Positions 1-8,565 of a DNA stretch of 48,183 nt are shown here, one piece after another. The notes beneath the pieces were generated by a model, which did not search any database, was not told the origin of the DNA, and was given only the letters and a program-made list of their open reading frames with translations. Source of the DNA: Trypethelium eluteriae (Eukaryota). Within the stretch, counting starts at the first letter, position 1. Every line of letters begins with the position of its first letter. Both the position numbers and the translations under genes were made by a program. The DNA lies in contig JAVECL010000124.1 of NCBI GenBank assembly GCA_051942245.1, positions 1-48,183 on the forward strand, written 5' to 3'.

Positions 1-1006
1 GGCCCCAGGGGTAGGACTCTCCTTCGTCGCTGGCGGTCGTGTGGTCAGCAGCCGCGGGGTTGGTTTGCTCGATGGCGGAAGGCTGCGTTAGGCGGGAGAG
101 AGTTGAGGGCCGTCGGGACAGGGGAATTGAGGCTCTGGAAGCTTGGTAGCCATTTCGCAATTGTGACCCGATTTCAAGGTTGGGGTCTGCAGAAGACGTC
201 GGGTGGGGTTGAGGTGCGAGAGGTGCATCGTCTCCTGCAACGGCTGCTTTTTCGAAATCGGTGGTTTTAGGACCTAGAGCGCCAGTCTCCTCAGGCATAT
301 CGATGGCTTTCCCTTTGCCCTTGTCTGCTTTAGGTCGCGGTGGAGAGTCGTTGGAAGATTCCGGAGAGTTTTGCTCTATTACGTTTCCCGGATCCTCCTC
401 CTGACCTTCACCCTGCTGTTCCTCCTGTTGCCGTGCAAATTCCCCAGAGGCACTATTTCGTTGCCCTGGGCTACCTGGTGATGCTCGTTTATCTCTTGGA
501 AGAGCGATTGAAGACCTTCCACTCTCTGCGGTCGGGCTGGGCTGTACAACTAAGGACCCTGTTGCGCTCACTCGACTACGTCTCTTTTCTGGAAGAGTGA
601 GCAGAGGATATTTGTCTCGTCCTTCTGTCGGCTGTGGAGGACTTCGCTCTTGCAATTGAGGATGGACGACGGGAAGATTTGGCAGAGTTTGTGAGCGAGG
701 GGCGTAATTGATGGGATTGGCGAGGCGTGATGACTGTGATTTTGGGTAGTTTCGTGGTCTGAACAGTCGAGACGAGATGCCCCAGCGGACGGCAGCTTCC
801 GGAGCCTGGGAAAGCTGCGGTTGCGATCGACTCTGCCGTCGTAGGCCAGGCCGACGCGGAGAAGAGTCGTCGTCAGAGGCAGACAACCCGTTCAACTGCA
901 GTGGCTCAGGTCGGTGGGTATTGCGTCTGGATTGCGATGATGACGCCGTGGTTTCGACTTTCGGAGGACTTCCAGGAGGCGACCCGCTACAGACGCGCTG
1001 CAGCAG
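1..1006 (-). CDS. ERF4: 5' part of probable Ras-palmitoyltransferase accessory subunit ERF4 / golgin A7-like protein (runs off the window start; true start codon unresolved)
   Basis: Stop-free minus-strand frame from 1006 to the window edge (absent from the ORF track because it has no stop in the window). It encodes a P/S/R-rich disordered region with 'RLANPINYAPR', 'YPLLTLPEKRRSR', 'DKGKGKAIDM' and ends at '...EGESYPWG'. From memory this matches the 'WGPxHPCFPH' entry into the Erf4 domain of Pezizomycotina homologues. First in-frame ATG is at 298. Confidence 0.55.
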   Translation of the reverse strand, partial: MLQRVCSGSPPGSPPKVETTASSSQSRRNTHRPEPLQLNGLSASDDDSSPRRPGLRRQSRSQPQLSQAPEAAVRWGISSRLFRPRNYPKSQSSRLANPINYAPRSQTLPNLPVVHPQLQERSPPQPTEGRDKYPLLTLPEKRRSRVSATGSLVVQPSPTAESGRSSIALPRDKRASPGSPGQRNSASGEFARQQEEQQGEGQEEDPGNVIEQNSPESSNDSPPRPKADKGKGKAIDMPEETGALGPKTTDFEKAAVAGDDAPLAPQPHPTSSADPNLEIGSQLRNGYQASRASIPLSRRPSTLSRLTQPSAIEQTNPAAADHTTASDEGESYPWG

Positions 1007-2957
1007 TCACGAGCGAGGATGTGCGAATGAGAAGGCGGAAGGAGCCCTGCTACAAGGTACGCCCGCATTAGCGTGATCCCGACACAGTGGGCAGGTGGAG
1101 GACGGAGTGGACTGGATGGCCGACACTTCCGACTGTTGCAACTCACCCTTTGCTCGACCGGAAAACATTGAGATAGCAGATGTGAAGTGTTGCTGCCGTC
1201 CGCTTCACCTTTTGTCTGTGGGCCCGTTGTGATTGACGGCAGTCCAAGCCTTCGGTCCGGAAATTGTTCGATAGGCTAGCTGAGCTCCTGGTCCCTGTTC
1301 TGTCTTCTCTGTGGGGCGGCTCAGACCTTAATCCCTGAATCAGGAGTCTGGCCTGCCACTCTTGCCTGTCGTGCCTGTCGTGCGTGTTCACTCTGATAGC
1401 CAGCTCGGGGCCTCGCTCGTCACCCCGATTACCAGACTTGTTCAACCTTCATTTCACTTTTAAATGCGTCGATATCCCCGAGCAAACCTACGTAGACTCC
1501 GTCTCAGAACTCTTTCAGAGCGCTGTTGGTGCTACTCAGGATGCCGCTGTTGGGTTCCGAGTAGATTTGGAATATTTATATTCATTCGGTAACATCCTCT
1601 TACACATACTCTTGTGTACCGTGTAGCTGAAACCGGCTATTCGTAGAAGCAGGTGTGATGACAGAGATGCCCTACACCAAGTCAGAGACTACTGCAGTCA
1701 TATACACTTGCAGCCGACCTCTGCTCCACTATTCCCACGAATTGAGATCGTGATACCATCATCTGCTTAATTTCATGAACTGCGCTGAATATCACTGTAC
1801 AGTTACATCGTCTTTCCAGTTTCACCTTTCTTCTTCCACCTCTCCAAATATCCCCCACGGCAGAGTAAAGGCTGTAAACCCAAGTAACATTTTTGCTTAG
1901 AAGCGATGAGCAAACTCTCCCAAGGCGTAGTAATGTAATCCGAGGCCAGATTCTGAAGCATCCAAGCCGCCCCACGCAAACCTGAGCAAGTCGTTACGAT
2001 ATCTAAAAAGGCTCAATTTTAGCCCGCGGGAATGGGATGGCCCGGCTCCAGGAACATTGCTACACTCGACTATACCTGCCCTTTAGTCTAAGCAATCTTC
2101 TTTCAATAGACGTATCTCTGAAATTGCAGTTGAAATGTCAAAAAGGCGTTGACACAAGCCCTTCAGGATCCATACCCCCTCCTGTACAAGGTGCAACCCC
2201 AGTGCCGCAACCGTTCGTCATCGCGGACAGCAAAGACAGCCGCCGTCTATTATTGCCCCGGGCATTTCTGGGTGACCATTTCTCGTCCTTGTCCCTTCTA
2301 CTGAAAAGAGAAAAAATAAAATAAAATAAAAACGGTAGTGCGCCGCTCGGAGATTTTACGGAAACCGAGGAATTGTCAGTCGGAATCCCCAACTCAATCA
2401 ACCCCTCCATGGCCTCCCCATCTGCAAAAACCAATCCCTTGGGGCCAGCATACAACATATTCCCCGACCAAGGAGTTTTAAAAAGGACCACGAGACTCGT
2501 GGTTTTTCATGGGAGGCACCTATGCTTAGTGGGGTTCTTATCCAACCTGAATACTCTGCAGAGTTTGGAGTCTCGAGCCGACAGTTCCGAAAAAAGCGAA
2601 GTCGCTTGAAGCAAGAATTCCTGGAAGAGCACGCTTGGCAAAATTGAATATGCAAAAGCCCACAAGAAAGGAGCTCCTTCTAATCGAAGAAATGCGAGAG
2701 TTGATGGAAACAGTGTGAATCAAGCCCCTGTTGGTTCTACTACGCTCCCCGACTGCATGTCTTCATATTGCGGCTGGCTCCATTCATGCTAATCAAGAAG
2801 ATCTGCGTACTCCAAAAGACCTCATGCTACATTCGATTCAAGGAGCGTTACGTTCGTGACGGCCAAAGCACTGAATTGCGCTAAAACGATTTATGCCGGG
2901 CTGACTTGCGTAGGAAATTTTTACAGCGGGCATCATAGCAAAGCACCTTTACACCCA

Positions 2958-3536
2958 TCAAGAATTCGCCGAAAACACTGGCGCCAAATCCTCGTCTGTC
3001 CAACCTGCCCTCCTCAAAATCTTCAGCAAAATATTTGACTTCTCACGCACGTAGGCACCGATATGGTCAAACTCCCTGTCAGCAAGCGCGCACTTGAGGG
3101 CCCCGTACTCCTCCCTCAACGCAGCATCTTCCAATAGCACCCTCCTTACGTCCAGATGATTCTTCAGTGCAGCGCACCCTTCGATGATCACATACGTATT
3201 CCGCCTCAGGGATTCCCCGGTGGTTCTCTCCCCGTGGGCGGCCCCGTGCTTTCCGTAGCCTGGCTCACGGTATGCGTGGCGACCTGGGACATCCATCTCG
3301 CCGCAATCGGTGTAGCCTGCGCCCACCAGGGCGGTGCGAGTCGCGATGAGCGAGGATGGCTCGATTATGATATCAATGTCTATAACTGGCTTTGCGAAAA
3401 GCCCTGGGATCGATGTACTCCCTACGTGCTCGATCGATATGTATTGGACATCTTTCAGGATGGCTTCTAGTGAGCTTTTGGCTTTTTGGAATTCCTCCTC
3501 CCAGGCCGGATCATACGGCTCGATTGTGACTTTCAT
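2958..3536 (-). CDS. GrpB (UPF0157) domain protein, nucleotidyltransferase-superfamily fold; intronless, 192 aa
   Basis: Classic GrpB signatures: 'IEPYDPAWEEEF', 'IEHVGSTSIPGLFAKPVIDIDI' (GS plus DxD) and 'LREEYGALK..LA...Y..EK'. Confidence 0.9.
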   Translation of the reverse strand: MKVTIEPYDPAWEEEFQKAKSSLEAILKDVQYISIEHVGSTSIPGLFAKPVIDIDIIIEPSSLIATRTALVGAGYTDCGEMDVPGRHAYREPGYGKHGAAHGERTTGESLRRNTYVIIEGCAALKNHLDVRRVLLEDAALREEYGALKCALADREFDHIGAYVREKSNILLKILRRAGWTDEDLAPVFSANS

Positions 3537-5401
3537 GATCGAGACTGTTTATGCAGCGCGAACCAATGCCGGCGCGGAAGAGTCTACGGGAAACCCGAAC
3601 CAAAGTGTTCTTGCAGCGTGACGGTAGCTGAGAGCGACAGATTTCTAATGGAGTGTGAGGTGCGAATCATTGGACCGAGTGAAGCTGCAGATTGGGAAGG
3701 TGGGGAGCAGATCCAGACAAGCCGCATCAGGCACGCGCCAGGTAGGCTACGTCTATGGTAAGGGTATCGGGCATCTTCTAGCCGTGATTGACACGATAGA
3801 AAGAATGCGAAGCGCATTGGCTTTCGTACCAAACGCAGACAGGACTGAAGCAAAAGTGTCACCGCCCTCGTTGGAGAACTGGAAAACTGCTTCGCGACTG
3901 AAGAAAGAAACAGAGCATCCTGCCATGATCGCAGCTTTTCCCGGCGGGAAAGAATGCAAAAAACTCTGGCGACGAAATGGTCGTCAGCACTGTTATACTC
4001 GAATCTGTAGGTGTCTTGAGAATTGAGATTCTCCGGGTCTCACTACTCTCGCCCAGCTGTATTCTCAGGCGATGTAGCGAAGCCTGAGAGCCCAATGGAC
4101 TGTAGCAACAACAAGAGAGGCCAGAGGGGAGAATTCTGATATTGCTGGATTTTGTGCCGATTCAGTGGATTCGAGGAACGCCTGGCTATCCATAAACTGC
4201 TCAAGGCTACCGAAGCATAAGCCTCGTTCTGCCAATCGACTGGGTAAAAGCTCCGAAATCTGGCAAACTCTGTCCGTTTTGATGCGACCGATATTGACGT
4301 CAAATTGATATCACCACTTTCAAGGATAAACCTCTGCGTCGAGGCTGCTTGTTTGTCCCCCCTAGAGAGGGCGTCTGTCTATTGCAATATCGATATCTTT
4401 ACCTCGGGTGGGCTTCGGATACTTACGGAATGATTCTCTCGACGACTGATCTTGCCCTTCTCCACCGTTGCCTTCGTCTCCTGCATATACGTACTCGCTA
4501 TTCAATAAGTGAAGAGGAATCCTGCAAATGTTCTGACAGTCGGCTTTTATTTTCACACCCTTTGCCATCTTCTATGAGCGCATATTCGTCATTGGAGCTC
4601 AGGGAGATCGATATTGGAGCAGCTCGACAGTCTGTCTTGCTCCCCACCAATGTCGCCGTCCTCTTCCGTACGTGCATACCTGTTTTCGTGTATTCCCCTT
4701 CGCAGCCTCGAAGATTCTGTCGTAATATACAATGTTGAGGTAGTATATTGCCCGCAAAGAATGCTCTTTCATGCTTCGTAGACTAAGATGTTGTGATTTC
4801 TTTAGAAAGGCGCAACAGGGTACAGGAAAGGTTTTAGCGAGGGCTTGGAGAGAATATCACCCAGTGCAAGTTGAAGAGTATAAAGCTTTGCTAGCATCAT
4901 GTGTGAGTCCATTTATTTATACTCTTTCTCTATCGCGTTCTACCTAGACCCTTACCTCCCATGCTAGACAGCTTCTTTAGACTACAGACAATCAACATTC
5001 ATGCACGATATGAACTCGCTCCTGTATAATCCACAGTGTGGATCCAAGAGTCTTAGTCCTTGCGAAGCTTCTTCTCCTCAATTTCTGGCAGCTGGCATGC
5101 CCTTCAGATTGGAAGACCCGGACTCTTCCAAAGACTCTTCCAGAGCTTGTCTCATGCGATTGGATGTGGTGGAAAACTCCATCGCAGACTTTCTTCCACA
5201 TGTTCTGCCCAACCAATGGCTCACTTCCCAATGCGTCTCAGGGAAGTTGGAAAGAAAGTACTACACATCAGCGCGAATGGTATATCTCTGACCCAGACAC
5301 TTATTGATTAGAGGTTGACGCGAATGCTCTACGCGAATTCTCAGTGATGGCTCAAGAGCATTTCGATACAGACCTTTAGAGAACGGGGAAAGGATCACCC
5401 A

Positions 5402-6564
5402 TCATAAGATTTTATACTTCACATCCACCTTCACGTTTGCCACTTTGTTTGCCCAACCTCTCCTCGTTGCCCTCACCCAGACTACAATTCGATCCCTGGG
5501 TTTTAATGTCTCTATAAAACCTTGCCCATTTCCAGCGTCCTCTGCTCCTTCCCAATTCCCTCCACGATGCCACACGACTTCGGTCGTCACATCATTTTTG
5601 TACGCTACTCTGTTAGCGTGTAGAAACCAGGTGTGACTCCCCTCCCATTGTGGCTCACGGTCCGCGTCCCGGACACGTTCGGTCATGGTCGTTCGCTCCA
5701 CAAGTTTAGCTCCTGAGTGAGAGTCGAAGTGAAGGCCCGTGGGCGACGAGTCTCGGTATTCGGCCGGAAAGTCGCCACGATAGGAGATCTGGACGGCGTC
5801 ATCCTCCGCAAGATCGTCAGGGCGAACGATAGAGACTTCAAACCAGGAAGAGGAATTTCGGATGGCTAAATGGGCCGGGATGGAATTAGCAAGTGAAGAA
5901 CTAGACTTTCTTGAGATTGGTCCACGAGAAAACTGCTGGGATGGGCTGGGGTCAATGAAATACGAAGAATAAAGACTATAAGACTCGCCTCAACGCACTG
6001 ACACGACGCTGGAGTTAGAATCTATGTTCACAGTGGGTAGCAGAAAGCAGAAGGAGAATACGCCGAACGATGGAAAACGTTGCAACCTCAAAGCTGATGG
6101 GTTTCGAGGGTGTTTTGCAGACGACAGGAGATTTGACTACTAAAGGAAGGGATAGAAAGGCGCGCACATTGATCATCTTCTGTCGTCCAGCCTTGATCCC
6201 TGCTCTGGATTGTGAACCTGACATCGAGTATCTTTAGAGTATGTCCATTCCCGGGAACAGGAAGTGGATTCCCGACAAGATATAGCACGTTTTGGCAATA
6301 GGGAGGATGCTCGGCTGTGACTTGCATCCACTCCGTCCGCTCCGAAGTGAGAATGGGATGGTATTCAGCACAGTCTAGAATAGACAGCACCAGCTCATTA
6401 GGAAGACGGCCACCAGAGAAGGCGGGTTTCGAAGCCAGAAGTCGACGCACAGTACGGACATCGGCCATCGTGGGCGTGAACAAAGGGGCCCATGATGTTG
6501 TCCGATAGCCATCCTCCCGTGGAGGTGTTTGGGATCGCGATATGAGGCGATGTCTTATAGCCAT
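5402..6564 (-). CDS. Uncharacterised fungal protein with F-box-like N-terminal motif; 2 exons (6564-6168, 5865-5402), ~286 aa
   Basis: Donor GTGCGC at 6167, branch GCTAAT near 5890, acceptor TTTAG at 5866. Splicing joins two ORF-track frames in phase (DDQ-S-IRNSSSWFEV). Motifs 'LPNELVLSILD', 'IQSRDQGW', 'SWFE', 'WFLHAN' and 'DRIVVWVRA..RGWANKV' resemble a recurrent fungal hypothetical-protein family. Confidence 0.75.
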
Positions 6565-7159
6565 GAAGTGGATTCTGTTGGTGGAAGCGACCTCTCACGC
6601 CTTCGAGGACCTAGCATGCTTGAAATGGCACTGTAGTTGCCTAGACGGGACGCAGTGCCACGGTCGAAACTACCTTTTTGTACTAGTGCACCATACACGC
6701 CCGGGCTTGCCTCATCTGCACTCTGCAGATCTACCTAGGTAACCTTAGCTTCTTATAATGCACAACTTCTGTTCACCAACATTCCTGATCCAAACTCATG
6801 CATGCTCGATTCCGCGTCTATCAATTTTTCTGGAGTAACCGGCTGAGCTTAGTAGCCAGCGACTTCTATGCTACAAAGACCATTTCTCTAGCAGCTGGGA
6901 AAGGGTCCTGTATATGGAGAATACGCTAGTTTCTACTAGGTATCTTCATGGAGATCTGAGAAAAGCCCCCAGATCTGAATCCGATTGGAGCGCCAGAATC
7001 GCCGGCATCTCCTGGGGCCTATACACTACCCTGCAATGCCTCCTTGCAATTGGATCGCCCTTCAACTTTCATCCTGTATCCTATAGGTGAGTTAATTCTG
7101 CAGGCGAGTACATTTTGGAAAGCTAAGGGCAAGAAGCAATGCTGGGAGCAGGGCGTATC

Positions 7160-8077
7160 CTAAAGTTTTCCCGCTCTCTTCAGTCCTTCGTAGAGCGCCC
7201 AAGCCGCTAGAGTCTTGGCGTCACGAGTTCCCTCCCGCCAAAGCTCTTCGTATCTGCATAGCCTAATCTCGATCATTTCCTTCTGCGTCCTCAGCCCAGT
7301 AAGTCGCCCTTTCAGATCTTCGATTTCCTGCCGATCCATCTCTTTCTCCCAAAGATACAGTCTCATGAACTCGTCGCAGCCGCCAGGGCTGGGGTACATT
7401 GCGCGCTCTAGATGTTTCGACTCTGGTGCCAACGCATCCTGCAGTGCCAGTCCAGTCAAATCAATCAATTCGTCCCTTCGAATTTCTAAGCCTGTCTCCT
7501 CCTTCATCTCCTGCGCTGCTTTGATCCCTGATTTGCCCATATCTTTGTCATCATCTGTCATGCCTGCAGGAATCTCCATGAAGGACAGACTTCCCGCGGG
7601 TACTCGGGCTTGCAGTGTCATGACGACCCATCGCTCATCCACTGAGTCCCTTGGCCGTAGAATGGGAAGCACGGCGACAGTTCCGCCTCGGAGAAACACA
7701 GCGCCAGGCAGCTCTTTGTTTTCTTCGTTCCTAATGTCCGCGTGAAGATGGACGAAACCAAGCCTCGCTCCAAATCGGGAAACGGATAGGATTCGGATGC
7801 CGCACAGCCTGTAGGGCTTGTCATGGAAAGGATGCCTCGGTCTCGAAGCCTGGTGGTCGAAAGATTTCTTCAACGTGTTGATCCAGAGCTCGAAGGGAGG
7901 GAACTTGCAGAGTTCGTCTTTTGTAACGTCAGGCGTCAGTTGAACCTTGACCGGGTATGCAAAGACGTCGAGCTCAAACTCGGGCAACTTTGCTCCGATC
8001 TCGGGGGAGATGCCGTTCATCTCCAATATTTGCTCAGCTGTTGTAGACCCGGCCGGGACTGAAACACCATTCTCCAT
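7160..8077 (-). CDS. Nudix hydrolase, ADP-sugar/ADP-ribose diphosphatase (NUDX14-like) clade; intronless, 305 aa
   Basis: 'LPGAVFLRGGTVAVL', 'QARVPAGSLSFMEIPAGM', Nudix box 'G...AAQEMKEETGL', 'YPSPGGCDEF', 'RDAKTLAAWALYEGL'. Confidence 0.9.
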   Translation of the reverse strand: MENGVSVPAGSTTAEQILEMNGISPEIGAKLPEFELDVFAYPVKVQLTPDVTKDELCKFPPFELWINTLKKSFDHQASRPRHPFHDKPYRLCGIRILSVSRFGARLGFVHLHADIRNEENKELPGAVFLRGGTVAVLPILRPRDSVDERWVVMTLQARVPAGSLSFMEIPAGMTDDDKDMGKSGIKAAQEMKEETGLEIRRDELIDLTGLALQDALAPESKHLERAMYPSPGGCDEFMRLYLWEKEMDRQEIEDLKGRLTGLRTQKEMIEIRLCRYEELWREGTRDAKTLAAWALYEGLKRAGKL

Positions 8078-8565
8078 CGGTAATATCTACGCGTTCGATT
8101 CAAGAGGAAGATAATGAGCAGGAATGTGGTGCTGGCAAAGATCGGCTTCTTATTTCAGCTTCCTGGGCGCAACGCGAGTGGAGCATCATCATGCAGGCTG
8201 CAGGGAAACTAGGCAACAGCTGGAACTGGGTGCACGAATTAGGCATACGTACCTGCGTGTCGCTGTATACGGAACGAGATTCTCGATAACCGTATACAGA
8301 ACAAGGTTCCCTGTGATGCCTCATGCGTAAGAAATGAGGGGAGTTCTGCTTCCGATAGGGCCAGCAGACGCCCAACATCTGATCCTGGCGCAGCCTAGCT
8401 GCGCAATGCTAGGGCCTCTGACAACGCATCTCAAAAAGCAAGATAAAAACAGCCTTGCTGCTCACGGATAAGACAGAACTCGTCGAGTTATGCCTTTGAT
8501 TTACAAAATGGTGAGTCCTATGACTATCACTCTAATATAATCCAGGCTTTATTTCTATTGAAACA

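Noticed and set aside
2037..2730. Cluster of 60-117 aa ORFs on both strands around an A-rich tract (AAAAT repeats at ~2305-2332)
   Set aside because: No recognisable motif and no convincing in-phase splice path. Probably intergenic/promoter sequence or an unrecognisable relic.
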